From: Nitrosopumilales archaeon
GTDB lineage: Archaea; Thermoproteota; Nitrososphaeria; Nitrososphaerales; Nitrosopumilaceae
DNA length: 24,000 bases
Assembly (NCBI GenBank): GCA_900299125.1
Contig: OMIR01000047.1
Coordinates: forward strand, 23,234-47,233
Direction: 5' to 3'
Both the position numbers and the translations under genes were made by a program. Positions within the stretch are counted from its first letter, which is position 1, and each line of letters begins with the position of its first letter. The notes under the pieces are model-generated. The model worked only from the letters and a program-made list of their open reading frames with translations, made no database searches and was not told the DNA's origin. Shown in pieces: positions 1 to 8,843 of this stretch.

Positions 1-307
1 CAAAGTTTTCTGCATAATATCCTTCACATGTACAGTCAGTCCACATTGGTCTAAAGTTCGATAAATAGAAGTGAAATGTGTTCCTATCTCTAGACTTGTG
101 ATCATCAACTAGAGCAGCAATGTCTAGTCGTCGTAGCAGACTTTGTTTTGGGACAATCATCTGATCACATTTGACGTCATATTCTAAAGAAAAAGTATCT
201 TTAATCCATTTTTTATAAAAACTTCCCATTTGCTCAATGTATTCAAATTCTTTTGAACGTGATTCTAATTCTTCATTAGTAACTAAAAAAATGAAATGTA
301 AGAGCAT
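1..307 (-). CDS. hypothetical protein, 3'-truncated by the window edge (N-terminal about 102 aa visible)
   Basis: My manual reverse translation is open from ATG at 307 to base 1 (MLLHFIFLVTNEELESRSKEFEYIEQMGSFYKKWIKDTF...CTCEGYYAENF). It is missing from the ORF track, presumably because it has no stop in the window. The start is uncertain: an alternative ATG lies at 229 (MGSFYKKW...), and a terminator-like CT-rich tract sits directly upstream. I do not recognise a family. Confidence 0.4.
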   Translation of the reverse strand, partial: MLLHFIFLVTNEELESRSKEFEYIEQMGSFYKKWIKDTFSLEYDVKCDQMIVPKQSLLRRLDIAALVDDHKSRDRNTFHFYLSNFRPMWTDCTCEGYYAENF

Positions 308-311
308 AACT

Positions 312-330
312 GATAAGAAAAAGAGAAGTG
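312..330 (-). terminator. CT-rich oligo-T terminator-like tract after the Lrp/AsnC-like gene
   Basis: The RNA-sense sequence right after the stop reads CACTTCTCTTTTTCTTATC. It is the same module seen after the amo genes. Confidence 0.35.
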
Positions 331-331
331 A

Positions 332-571
332 TTAAGACTGACCCTCAATACCCATTAGGGTTAATGTAGATCGAATTTTCTCGATTTTTCGAATCTTCCA
401 GGTGATGGTTTCGCGTAATGCTTCCACGGTTGGGGATTCGATTTTGGCCAAGATGTCGTATGCACCAAATGTCCCATGAACCTCTTTAACACCCTCAAGA
501 GACTTGAGTTGTTTAATTATGGCTTCTTCAGAGCCCAGTTCACAGTTTATCAAAACATATGCTGTTGCCAT
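332..571 (-). CDS. stand-alone Lrp/AsnC-type ligand-binding (RAM) domain protein, 79 aa
   Basis: The ORF-track protein MATAYVLINCELGSEEAIIKQLKSLEGVKEVHGTFGAYDILAKIE... has the beta-alpha-beta-beta-alpha-beta pattern typical of small AsnC-family C-terminal domain proteins. A TATA-like GATATATCA (592-600) lies about 25 nt upstream of the ATG. Confidence 0.65.
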   Translation of the reverse strand: MATAYVLINCELGSEEAIIKQLKSLEGVKEVHGTFGAYDILAKIESPTVEALRETITWKIRKIEKIRSTLTLMGIEGQS

Positions 572-619
572 GACTTAACTATAGATCTCGGGATATATCA
601 ATAAACCTATTGACAGTTT

Positions 620-1027
620 TTATGTTTGCGAAATTTCTACTATTTCTTTCCATATTTGAGACGTTACAGGCATAACGGATAATCTAGAAATTCGTAATAA
701 TTCCCAGTCTTTGAATTTTTTGTTTGATTTGATCTCCGAAAGAGTAACTGGTCTCGTGAGTCGTTTTTGAAATTTGACATCAACTACTACAAACCTCGAG
801 TTCTTTTCTTTTGGATTAGAGTACGGATTTGATGAAATTTTCATAATTCCAACGATTTGTTTTTGATCCCCGCTATGATAGAAAAATGCCTGATCGCCTT
901 TTTTCATTGCAGCAATGTGTTTAACAGCTAAATTGTTATGAACACCATCCCAAGTGGTGATTTTTTCTTTTTCTAGTTGTTCAATATTGTAAGTTGATGG
1001 CTCTTGTTTACATAGCCAATAATTCAT
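620..1027 (-). CDS. EVE (PUA-like) domain protein
   Basis: The N-terminus MNYWLCKQEPSTYNIEQL...WDGVHNNLAVKHIAAMKKGDQAFFYHSG..QIVGIMKI matches the conserved EVE-domain pattern (YWL.K.EP...WDGVRN..A...M..GD..FFYHS). Confidence 0.85.
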   Translation of the reverse strand: MNYWLCKQEPSTYNIEQLEKEKITTWDGVHNNLAVKHIAAMKKGDQAFFYHSGDQKQIVGIMKISSNPYSNPKEKNSRFVVVDVKFQKRLTRPVTLSEIKSNKKFKDWELLRISRLSVMPVTSQIWKEIVEISQT

Positions 1028-1277
1028 GATTGTTGATAATGCAATCTGTTATTTTTTCTTAGTGTAATGTACCCCGGCACTGACTCACATATTCTCACAG
1101 GTTTTTTAGCCTATTTCCTCAAACATGCTCTGTAACCGGGGTAGCCCCATGTCGCATACCTGGGTGGACCCAGAAATCATGTTTAAGCATCGTATCATTC
1201 TAGTCCGTCTGTATGCCTATGTTAGGGCAAAGACAGTATGAATCTCTCAAATATTAAGTGACTCTGAAAATACGGAT

Positions 1278-2915
1278 TTAGAGAATCAAATCAGATAAAA
1301 TTAGCTCAAAGCCACTTACAGGAACGCGTATTTTGAAGTTTTCAATTACTTGTGAACTTATTTGACCAACAATGCCGATTTTTTTATTATTGAGTAAAAC
1401 ATCAGCAGTTTTTCCTTGTTCAAACATTGGATTTTGAGCAGTGACAGTTTTACAATCTAAATTTGAATCTGTTTTTAATAGCGATTGTAGAACTGACTTG
1501 ATTTCAGTGTAACCAGAGTCTTTATGTGCAGAAACACATGCAATACAAATTGATTCTATAATTTGATCTTTGTTGGAGAAAACTATTCCTGTTTCAAATA
1601 ATTTCTGTGGGTATGTTTCATGAATATTTTTGGAGAGATTTTCCAGTAACCCAGGCAAAATAGAATCACGAAGTATTGTATGCTCTAGACTTTTTGATTC
1701 TGAAACCTCAATTAGTTTTGTTGAATCGCGTTTGGCATTTTCATATAAAATTTGTCTGCTAGTTAATGATGAGTTTAGTGCTTCAGTGAAACCTAGACCT
1801 ATCATAATAGAGCTAATCTGATCAAGCTTGAGTGTAGCTTTACTCTTCTGTCCAACAGATATTGATGAGGGAAGTGTCGGCGAAAGATTTTGAATTCCAT
1901 ATCCCAAAGCTACTTCTTCGACTAAATCCATAGGGCCAAAAATGTCAAAACGATAACGCGGTATTTTGCAATAGATCTTTTTTCCTTTTAGTATTGCATC
2001 TAGTCTACATTTTCGAAGCATAATACAAATTTGAGTAGGGGATAGTTGTAATCCCAATATTTGGTTGACAAGACTAGCATCTAGTGCGATGATTCTTGGT
2101 TTCTGATAGCTTGATGTTGATTGAGAATTGGTATTCATGTCGTAAAGAGTGAATCCATAGCCATGTAAGGCAGATGCCACTACTGACAAAGAGTCAGATA
2201 CTGCAGTATGGTCATTACCGGTTACTTCTACTAGGAGATTTGTAGTTGAAGTAGTAACCTTGGTTAATTCTGAATTAATAATTGGTGGGAATGAGACGGT
2301 GTTTTTCTTTGAATCCATGATTATCGGAAAATTTTGAGTCTCTCCAAGAACAAAAGAATAGTTTTTTCCTACATCTGTGGATTCCAGAATTTGCGATATT
2401 GACATTTCATTTGTTTTTTCCAGTGGAACGAATTTGTGACCTTGAGTGACAGTAGAATACGATAGTGGTAATGATATTGAATCTAGATCATGGATTCCAA
2501 TAGAGGCTTTTTTGCGTCTTCTTCCTATTCCAAAGTGAAGATCTTCCTGGAGGGCAAATAATTGACGTATTGTTTCATCATCTAGTTTTCCTTTCCTGGC
2601 AACTAAACTCAGAACAAAGGGTCTTACATTTTTTACCTTAGAATCTGTTCGAATGAGATAGTTTTTGTCTTTTTTCTTTTTGATTAAGGCTGGAAAAATT
2701 CCTTTTTTTATTCCCAGTAATCCCTGCAATCCTGTTGCTATGCCAACATCAGTTGCGTAATCAGGTCGATTTGGACTGTATTCGACCCTGATGAATTGTT
2801 GTGTTTGTTCCTCAATATCGAGGCCCAAAAACGGCAACGAATCAAGAATTTGGTTTTTTGTTGCTTTTCCAACTAATTTTTGGAGTCGTGATAAATTGAG
2901 TGTGACTACTGGCAT
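1278..2915 (-). CDS. pheT: phenylalanine--tRNA ligase beta subunit (archaeal type)
   Basis: 545 aa, N-terminus [17 protein letters not shown]... with an archaeal PheT-like B3/4 and B5 layout. It overlaps the upstream PheRS alpha gene by 10 nt. Confidence 0.88.
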   Translation of the reverse strand: MPVVTLNLSRLQKLVGKATKNQILDSLPFLGLDIEEQTQQFIRVEYSPNRPDYATDVGIATGLQGLLGIKKGIFPALIKKKKDKNYLIRTDSKVKNVRPFVLSLVARKGKLDDETIRQLFALQEDLHFGIGRRRKKASIGIHDLDSISLPLSYSTVTQGHKFVPLEKTNEMSISQILESTDVGKNYSFVLGETQNFPIIMDSKKNTVSFPPIINSELTKVTTSTTNLLVEVTGNDHTAVSDSLSVVASALHGYGFTLYDMNTNSQSTSSYQKPRIIALDASLVNQILGLQLSPTQICIMLRKCRLDAILKGKKIYCKIPRYRFDIFGPMDLVEEVALGYGIQNLSPTLPSSISVGQKSKATLKLDQISSIMIGLGFTEALNSSLTSRQILYENAKRDSTKLIEVSESKSLEHTILRDSILPGLLENLSKNIHETYPQKLFETGIVFSNKDQIIESICIACVSAHKDSGYTEIKSVLQSLLKTDSNLDCKTVTAQNPMFEQGKTADVLLNNKKIGIVGQISSQVIENFKIRVPVSGFELILSDLIL

Positions 2916-4390
2916 TTTGGAGTACCTCTAATCCAACTGAGATTATTATTGTAAAATTCTCTTACATCGTCCAAATTATACTTGAGCATTGCGATTCTTT
3001 CAATTCCTCCACCCCATGCTAAAACAGGACTCGTGATGCCGAATGGTTTTGTGACTTCTGGTCGGAATATTCCCATTCCAAATAACTCAATCCACTTGCT
3101 TAGTTTTTCATTATACACCATAGTTTGCAGAGATGGTTCAGTGTATGGGAAAAATGTTGGCCAGAACTTTATTTTGTCCAGTCCTAATTTTTTATAAAAT
3201 TGGATTTGAATTCCCATTAGATCTCGCAGTGATACTTTTTTTCCAACTACGATACCTTCTACCTGGTTAAACTCCACTAGATGTTTATAACTCACTTTCT
3301 CGTTTCTAAAGACTCTACCCAGAGAGAACACTCTGGCTTCAGTCGGTTTGTTTTCTGCCAAATATTTGATAGTTACACATGTCGTATGGGTTCTCAATAC
3401 TGTCTTTTTTGAGTTTTCAATATTCCAGCGATATTTCCAACCTTTTTGATGAGATGATGAAACTGAATTGATTTGAGATTTGGTTGCAAAATTCTGTGCA
3501 AATTTGTCTTTGATGTAAAACGTATCCTGCATTTCTCTGGCAGGATGATCTTGTGGTGTAAATAGCGCATCAAAATTCCAAAAGCTCGGCTGAGTTAGAT
3601 TACCTGAGATTTCAGTAAATCCAAGACTGACAAAAATTTCTCGAATTTCGTTAATGGTGTCTTTCAGAGGGTGTGTTTTTGCTGCATAAACTATTGGCAC
3701 ATTTGCTTCAACATCAATGGCTCCAGAATCCATACTGTCTGTATTTACAGACTTAGCCTGTTCAGTCAGAGAAATTATTTTTGATTTTACTGACTCGGTG
3801 ATAATGTATTCCGGTCTTTTTTTTAGAGAGTCCAAAGCAGACGTATCCATTATTTGATTTTGAGCAATCTTACCATCTCCGATTTGTGAGAGAATTTTTT
3901 CTTCGATTGTTGGTTCAGGCTTAGTTTTTAATGAAACAATGTTTTGAGAGTCGTTTTTGATAATTGTAATCCAGTCGTTTTTCTTTGCGTTTGCAATTGC
4001 AATGTTCATTTCTTCCTTCAAAATTTTTCTTAGATCATCAAATGGCATGGGAGAATTTGCCACCAAATTAACAAGTTTTCTCTCCGGTAAGCCATACTTG
4101 TTAGCATCCAAACCATTTCTTCCTAGCATGAGAAAGAGTTGTTCCGACTCAGATACGATAGCTAAACTCTTTAATCTTAGCCATTCAATTCCACGTCTTG
4201 TCTGATCAGCAGAAAGTTTAGCTTTTTCTATAATTTGTGACTCGCTGAGATTTTTTTCAATTTTTAATAATTTGATAATTGTTTTCTCAATTGGATGAAG
4301 AACTTGAGACAACAGCAACACGACCCGAAAAGACTTTTTAAACGTTAACCTGAGTTGACCATGGATGCCTTCTGATGATTTCATTGTCAC
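2906..4390 (-). CDS. pheS: phenylalanine--tRNA ligase alpha subunit
   Basis: The class II aaRS core is recognisable (HPAREMQDTFY, FRNE, GMGIERI-like GGGIERIAML). The start is uncertain: ATG 4390 overlaps the divergent trpS start by 26 nt. A TTG at 4312 (giving MSQVLHPIEK...) or a GTG at 4321 is more plausible. Confidence 0.88.
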   Translation of the reverse strand: MTMKSSEGIHGQLRLTFKKSFRVVLLLSQVLHPIEKTIIKLLKIEKNLSESQIIEKAKLSADQTRRGIEWLRLKSLAIVSESEQLFLMLGRNGLDANKYGLPERKLVNLVANSPMPFDDLRKILKEEMNIAIANAKKNDWITIIKNDSQNIVSLKTKPEPTIEEKILSQIGDGKIAQNQIMDTSALDSLKKRPEYIITESVKSKIISLTEQAKSVNTDSMDSGAIDVEANVPIVYAAKTHPLKDTINEIREIFVSLGFTEISGNLTQPSFWNFDALFTPQDHPAREMQDTFYIKDKFAQNFATKSQINSVSSSHQKGWKYRWNIENSKKTVLRTHTTCVTIKYLAENKPTEARVFSLGRVFRNEKVSYKHLVEFNQVEGIVVGKKVSLRDLMGIQIQFYKKLGLDKIKFWPTFFPYTEPSLQTMVYNEKLSKWIELFGMGIFRPEVTKPFGITSPVLAWGGGIERIAMLKYNLDDVREFYNNNLSWIRGTPKCQ

Positions 4391-5477
4391 TCCATGGCAC
4401 GTAGAAGGGGAAATTGACTACGATAAGCTAATCAAAAAATTTGGTACTGAAAAGATTACTCAAGAAATTCTAAAAAAAATAGAGATAGTTACTGGAGAAG
4501 TTCATTATATGCTCAGACGCGGAATATTTTTTTCACATCGAGACCTAGTGCGGATCTTATCCGACTATCAAAAAGGCAAAAAATTCTTTTTATACACTGG
4601 AAGAGGTCCATCAGGTCACACTCACATTGGCCATCTAGTTCCTTGGGTATTCACAAAGTGGCTCCAAGAAAAATTCGACACGAATTTGTACTTTCAGCTG
4701 ACTGATGATGAAAAATTCTTTGCAAAGCCGGATCTTACTTTAGAACAAACAAGTAAATTCGCATATGAGAACGCTTTGGATTTTATAGCATTAGGGTTTA
4801 ATCCAGAAAAAACCAAGATTATCATCAATACAAAAAATATCAAAACACTATATCCAATTGCTGCACAGGTTGCAAAAAAGATCAATTTTTCTAATACAAA
4901 AGCGGTATTTGGATTTGAAAATGAGACAAATGTGGGTATGATCTTTTACACATCACTTCAGTCTGCTCCCTGCTTCATCGAAGACCGGCCTGTGTTAATT
5001 CCTCTTGGAGTGGATCAAGATCCTCATTTTAGAATTACACGCGATGTTGCACCACGAATTGGTAAAGAAAAGCCCGCACTGATACACAATATCATGATTC
5101 CCTCACTTTCCGGACCTGGAGGGAAAATGTCGGCCTCTGAAGAATCAGGTACAATTTACACCACTGATTCTCCAGAATTAATCAAGAAAAAAATCAACAA
5201 GTATGCATTTTCTGGAGGTCAATCTACAGTAGAAGAACACCGAAGGATAGGCGGTAATCCAGACATAGATGTATCATATCAATATCTCCGAATCTTTTTC
5301 GAGCCAGATGATAAAAAACTAAAAACAATTCATGATGATTACCAGTCTGGTAAAATGCTCACAGGTGAACTAAAAGCTATTCTAATCGAAAAGGTTACGG
5401 AGTTTTTGGTTTCACATCAACAAAAAAGAGAGAAAGCCAGGGATCAAATTGAGAAATTTCTTTTAGAAGACAAATGA
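4365..5477 (+). CDS. trpS: tryptophan--tRNA ligase (archaeal/eukaryal type)
   Basis: The N-terminus is VTPWHVEGEIDYDKLIKKFG. It has a class I HIGH-like motif (GHTHIGHLVP) and a KMSKS-like motif (KMSAS). Length is 370 aa. Confidence 0.9.
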   Translation: MPSDDFIVTPWHVEGEIDYDKLIKKFGTEKITQEILKKIEIVTGEVHYMLRRGIFFSHRDLVRILSDYQKGKKFFLYTGRGPSGHTHIGHLVPWVFTKWLQEKFDTNLYFQLTDDEKFFAKPDLTLEQTSKFAYENALDFIALGFNPEKTKIIINTKNIKTLYPIAAQVAKKINFSNTKAVFGFENETNVGMIFYTSLQSAPCFIEDRPVLIPLGVDQDPHFRITRDVAPRIGKEKPALIHNIMIPSLSGPGGKMSASEESGTIYTTDSPELIKKKINKYAFSGGQSTVEEHRRIGGNPDIDVSYQYLRIFFEPDDKKLKTIHDDYQSGKMLTGELKAILIEKVTEFLVSHQQKREKARDQIEKFLLEDK

Positions 5478-5755
5478 AGACTAGAGTAATCTGTCAAGAC
5501 AAACATGAAGCTACAAAACTCGCTAGTCTAATTTTTATTCGAGATGGTAACGAGACTTTTATTTCATCAATTCTCAATGTTTACGAAAATGAAGTAGTGA
5601 TTGGTTTAAAAGATAAATCAGCACATTCTATTGTTCTCAAAGACACTACCCAAGTTGAGATCTTTGTTGATTTCATACAATCTGTTTTAGACAAAGTTAA
5701 TCAAATTACTGAAACAAAGACCATTACCGAAATAGTCGAGATTGTAAAAAACTAG
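5474..5755 (+). CDS. hypothetical protein, 93 aa
   Basis: Its start overlaps the trpS stop (ATGA), which suggests translational coupling. No recognisable motif. Confidence 0.45.
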   Translation: MKTRVICQDKHEATKLASLIFIRDGNETFISSILNVYENEVVIGLKDKSAHSIVLKDTTQVEIFVDFIQSVLDKVNQITETKTITEIVEIVKN

Positions 5756-6081
5756 ACAAGTGACTTGTCCATTTCATTGGATAATTTTTCTTCCACTTTA
5801 AGAAAATACATTTTTGTAGATTTAGGCATCTTATCCAAATTATTGTCAACTGCAATCATGAAATAGCGAACAGCTCTTTTTGATACATCTAGATTGAATT
5901 TCATTGGCAAAATTGGATCTTGTTTTACTTTAATTTTATCAGATAGCCAAGATGGTGCCATCTCTTTTGCCTCATTAATTATCACGCCATACCAATATGC
6001 CAAAGTTTGAGGATGTAGTCCAGACTGTAAACCCTCAATATCATTTTTGAATTTTTTTGACATGTGATTTATTAGAGTCAA
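5752..6081 (-). CDS. hypothetical protein, 109 aa
   Basis: ORF-track ORF convergent with 5474..5755; the two stops share a CTAG at 5752-5755. No recognisable motif. An alternative start is at M7. Confidence 0.45.
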   Translation of the reverse strand: MTLINHMSKKFKNDIEGLQSGLHPQTLAYWYGVIINEAKEMAPSWLSDKIKVKQDPILPMKFNLDVSKRAVRYFMIAVDNNLDKMPKSTKMYFLKVEEKLSNEMDKSLV

Positions 6082-6148
6082 TGAATGGATGATTGGAGAG
6101 TTTTTTTTTATTCATACAACTCAAAAAGTCAACAACATTTAGTCAACT

Positions 6149-6628
6149 TTAGAGTAGATTTCCGTGTGAATCGATTTCAGAATTACGAATTCTAGTAGAT
6201 GAGATACGTTTTCCATCCATGGATAAAACCATTGGAACAACTATGGTTTTAACAAGAGATAGTTTTCTTTCCAAACGGAGTTTATTGAGAGCATCTCCTT
6301 GATGACTTGTTTCGTCACTTACTATCAATGCTTGTACACCTCCTTCTAATACTGCTGGTCCAAAATCATTATCGAGTTTGCTTATGCTGTATTTTTTGCC
6401 ACCAAATTCTGACTCGATGATTTTTTTTAGATTCGCCAATCGTTGTGAATAATTATGATTAATTTTTTTGCCCTTTTTTTTGGCAAAATCATCACTTGTT
6501 AATCCAATTATTACATCATCTGATATAGAAAATGCTTGTCGCAGTAAGGCAATATGTCCTATGTGAATGACATCAAAGGTTCCTCCCATTGCAACTAAAG
6601 AAAATTGTGCCATAATAGGAAATATCAA
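6149..6628 (-). CDS. phosphopantetheine adenylyltransferase, archaeal cytidylyltransferase-like type
   Basis: It carries the nucleotidyltransferase signature GGTFDVIHIGHIALL plus a C-terminal ISSTRIR motif. At about 155 aa it is typical of archaeal PPAT. The start may be M6 (6613). Confidence 0.72.
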   Translation of the reverse strand: MIFPIMAQFSLVAMGGTFDVIHIGHIALLRQAFSISDDVIIGLTSDDFAKKKGKKINHNYSQRLANLKKIIESEFGGKKYSISKLDNDFGPAVLEGGVQALIVSDETSHQGDALNKLRLERKLSLVKTIVVPMVLSMDGKRISSTRIRNSEIDSHGNLL

Positions 6629-6637
6629 ATGATGAAT

Positions 6638-7705
6638 TTATGGTGTTACAAGAATAATTGATATGGTCTTACTAGGAGCTGCAAGAGCTACTGAATTAGG
6701 ATCCCAGACATAGGTTTCAATAAAAAAGCTACCTTCGTTTTGTGGAGTCCAACTAATTGTTGCAGTCTGAGGTTCAATAGATTCAAACTTGCCTTCAGTG
6801 AATCCTATGAATTCCACTTGTGATTTTTCTCCAAATTGTCTGACTTGTGCATAATAGACATAATCTTGTTTTGGATTTTTTGATGATGAAAATATTGACA
6901 GATGGCTTACGATGTCAACGGATTGTCCTAATTTTATTTTTGATATCCTATCGGCATTATCTGTGACCTCTACATCGTTAATTGTTATCAATCGAGTTGG
7001 TGATTCCAGAGATACATCATTAACACTAATCATCTTGGATTGTGAATCCGCAGATTCTGCAATCACCTTAAAAGATGATGCTTTGTTGTTCATCACAGCG
7101 TCAAATGAAATATTCTGTGATTTTCCAGATTCAATTTGGTCCAATGATACAGTTTGAATTCCTACAATTCTAGGAGGAATAAATGCATCATATCCAATTA
7201 GATGCACGCTGATTTTTTGTATTGTATTAGAACCGGTGTTGATAATTTTAGCACCCAATTTGATTGTCTCACCAATCACTAGTGATCCAGGTTCGATATC
7301 TAGTTGTAATTGTTTTTGTTTTGCGGCATTGAATCCGACTACTTTCATTGTTACTTCTGAAATTTCTGGATTTGGAGTGTTAGACTTGATAATGAATGGG
7401 GATTTTCCCTTTGGAGGAATTACATCTAAGAGACTATTTCCTGTAACTGTTTCCAAGGGTACCTCGAAGGAGCCGGTAGCTTTGTTAGAATAAAAGCCAA
7501 CCCAGACCTTTACATTGTTGATTGGCAAGCTTTTTGTGTTTTCCAATTCTCCAATTACAACAGTGTATCCTTCTTCATCTTTATACACAAACGGGGCAGT
7601 GTTTGTAAGCTTGACTCCAAGTGTTGATTGAGTGTCTGTAACTTGAGCAAATACAAGCGGTAATGGGAGCAATAATAGCAAAATTGCAAAAATTTGTATC
7701 TTCAA
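6638..7705 (-). CDS. secreted beta-rich protein of unknown function, 355 aa
   Basis: It has an N-terminal signal peptide (MKIQIFAILLLLLPLPLVFAQ). The rest is Thr/Ser/Val-rich with a repetitive Ig-like/CARDB-like feel. It lies 10 nt upstream of the PPAT gene. Confidence 0.6.
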   Translation of the reverse strand: MKIQIFAILLLLLPLPLVFAQVTDTQSTLGVKLTNTAPFVYKDEEGYTVVIGELENTKSLPINNVKVWVGFYSNKATGSFEVPLETVTGNSLLDVIPPKGKSPFIIKSNTPNPEISEVTMKVVGFNAAKQKQLQLDIEPGSLVIGETIKLGAKIINTGSNTIQKISVHLIGYDAFIPPRIVGIQTVSLDQIESGKSQNISFDAVMNNKASSFKVIAESADSQSKMISVNDVSLESPTRLITINDVEVTDNADRISKIKLGQSVDIVSHLSIFSSSKNPKQDYVYYAQVRQFGEKSQVEFIGFTEGKFESIEPQTATISWTPQNEGSFFIETYVWDPNSVALAAPSKTISIILVTP

Positions 7706-7781
7706 TTCAGTATTCTTTTGTCGGAGTCATTAATCTCATAACTAATTACACAATCTAAACAATGTGGATTAGAAGGTTTTA

Positions 7782-7812
7782 CAAAAATTAAGAATAAAAG
7801 ATGAAAAGTAAG
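7782..7812 (-). terminator. oligo-T terminator-like tract after the 38-aa ORF
   Basis: The RNA-sense sequence after the stop reads CTTACTTTTCATCTTTTATTCTTAATTTTTG. Confidence 0.35.
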
Positions 7813-7814
7813 AT

Positions 7815-7931
7815 TTACTTTCTCTTACGCATGCCGGTAATAACAAACCAGTATACTAAGCCTGGTGCTAAACCAACAATCAATGGAATCCATACTGCTA
7901 TTGATTCCGGATTATAGACTGGAAGTCCCAT
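7815..7931 (-). CDS. small membrane protein, 38 aa (below the ORF-track cutoff)
   Basis: Manual translation gives MGLPVYNPESIAVWIPLIVGLAPGLVYWFVITGMRKRK-stop. That is one hydrophobic helix plus a basic C-tail. A TATA-like CTATTTAAAT (7953-7962) is centred about 26 nt upstream of the ATG, consistent with a leaderless mRNA. A T-rich terminator follows immediately. Confidence 0.45.
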   Translation of the reverse strand: MGLPVYNPESIAVWIPLIVGLAPGLVYWFVITGMRKRK

Positions 7932-7952
7932 GTTTATTTTTCTTGAATATTC

Positions 7953-7962
7953 CTATTTAAAT
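7953..7962 (-). promoter_or_regulatory. TATA-box-like element for the 38-aa ORF
   Basis: ATTTAAATAG in gene orientation, centred about 26 nt upstream of ATG 7931. Confidence 0.35.
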
Positions 7963-7999
7963 CCATCTCTCGTAAGCAGAATTGTAAAAGATCTATGTA

Positions 8000-8071
8000 T
8001 GGACTGAAGGGGATTTGAACCCCTGACCTCTCGCGTGCAAGGCGAGCATTCTACCCCTGAACTATCAGCCC
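8000..8071 (-). tRNA. tRNA-Ala (anticodon UGC)
   Basis: The reverse complement folds as GGGCUGA UA GUUC AGGGGUA GAAU G CUCGC CUUGCAC GCGAG AGGUC AGGGG UUCAAAU CCCCU UCAGUCC A. The G3:U70 Ala identity pair is present. Length is 72 nt and CCA is not encoded. Confidence 0.92.
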
Positions 8072-8157
8072 AATAAAGAGTGACTTTGTCGCGCAGATTT
8101 TAATTGTTGTCTTTGATTCAGGTAAGAATTTTATTTGCAAAACTTATTGCGCATGTT

Positions 8158-8709
8158 ATGGTAGTAATGGAATCCCAAGTTGCACTCAAAAAAGGTGATT
8201 CTGCTCCAGATTTTGAGCTTTTAGGAACTGATGATAAAAAATACACATTAGATAGCTTCAGAAGCTACGATGCATTACTAGTGATTTTCATGTGTAATCA
8301 TTGTCCATATGTCAAAGCAAAGGTTGATGCAATAAACGAAGTTCAGAACAAGTTCAAAGGCAAACTAGCTGTGGTTGGAATCAATAGTAATGATGCCGTT
8401 GCTTATCCAGACGACAGTTTTGAAAGTATGAAAGAATTTGCAAAGCAACGAGGAATTTTATTTTGGTATTTAGTTGATGAAACTCAGCAGATTGCTAAAA
8501 AGTATGGCGCGGTCTGCACTCCAGATCCATTTTTATTCAACAAAGAGCGCAAATTAGTTTTTCACGGAAAAATTGATAATGCGATGAAACCTGAAGATAA
8601 GGCTACAGAAAAAACAATGATTATAACAATAGAAAAATTACTTGATGGTCAACCAATTCCAAAAGATTTTGATCCTTCTATTGGTTGTTCGATAAAATGG
8701 AAGAACTGA
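8158..8709 (+). CDS. thioredoxin-fold thiol-disulfide oxidoreductase (redoxin / AhpC-TSA-like)
   Basis: It has a CxxC motif (FMCNHCPYV) in a thioredoxin-like context (DFELLGTDDKKYTLDSF...LLVIFMCNHCP). The ORF track starts it at TTG 8104, but ATG 8158 or 8167 sits at a better distance from an AT-rich TATA-like element near 8125-8137. Confidence 0.75.
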   Translation: MVVMESQVALKKGDSAPDFELLGTDDKKYTLDSFRSYDALLVIFMCNHCPYVKAKVDAINEVQNKFKGKLAVVGINSNDAVAYPDDSFESMKEFAKQRGILFWYLVDETQQIAKKYGAVCTPDPFLFNKERKLVFHGKIDNAMKPEDKATEKTMIITIEKLLDGQPIPKDFDPSIGCSIKWKN

Positions 8710-8747
8710 CCACACACTTTTAAATCCGTTTTATTTGAAATTTTTTA

Positions 8748-8841
8748 GGGCCGGTAGCTCAGCATGGCTAGAGCGTTCGACTGATAAAACAACCTTTCAG
8801 ACATCGAAAGGTCGAGAGTTCGAATCTCTCTCGGCCCACCA
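8748..8841 (+). tRNA. tRNA-Ile (anticodon GAU) with a 16-nt intron at the canonical 37/38 position (about 8787-8802); CCA encoded
   Basis: It folds as GGGCCGG UA GCUC AGCAUGGCUA GAGC G UUCGA CUGAUA[intron AAACAACCUUUCAGAC]A UCGAA AGGUC GAGAG UUCGAAU CUCUC UCGGCCC A CCA. Only the GAU placement gives U33 and a purine at 37. Confidence 0.85.
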
Positions 8842-8843
8842 TT

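Noticed and set aside
1028-1277. Possible 5S rRNA, SRP RNA or RNase P RNA in the GC-rich spacer. Motifs GCAUACC, GUUUAAGC, CUGUAACC and CCAGAAAUC prompted the idea.
   Set aside because: The distance between the 5S-like motifs is about 14 nt too short for helix III/loop C, and I could not build a helix I. SRP helix-8 motifs (GGAA tetraloop, AGCA) and RNase P CR-I (GGAAAGUCC) are absent, and the gap is too short for either RNA. I kept it only as an unassigned structured region.
4313-4390. N-terminal 26-codon extension of pheS (MTMKSSEGIHGQLRLTFKKSFRVVLL) overlapping the divergent trpS start.
   Set aside because: A 26-nt head-to-head coding overlap leaves no room for promoters. The extension is not PheS-like, and in-frame TTG (4312) and GTG (4321) starts give a conventional N-terminus. 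It is probably an ORF-extension artefact rather than a real overlap.
5752-5755. Shared palindromic CTAG providing the stop codons of two convergent hypothetical genes.
   Set aside because: This is a real overlap, but it is a trivial result of the TAG stop being contained in a palindrome. There is no evidence of functional significance.
8104-8157. TTG-initiated 18-codon leader (MLSLIQVRILFAKLIAHV) on the thioredoxin-like gene.
   Set aside because: It would start 33 nt after the tRNA-Ala gene and would span the only TATA-like sequence. It could be a signal or anchor segment, but the ATG at 8158 or 8167 fits leaderless spacing better. Unresolved; I treat it as probably non-coding.
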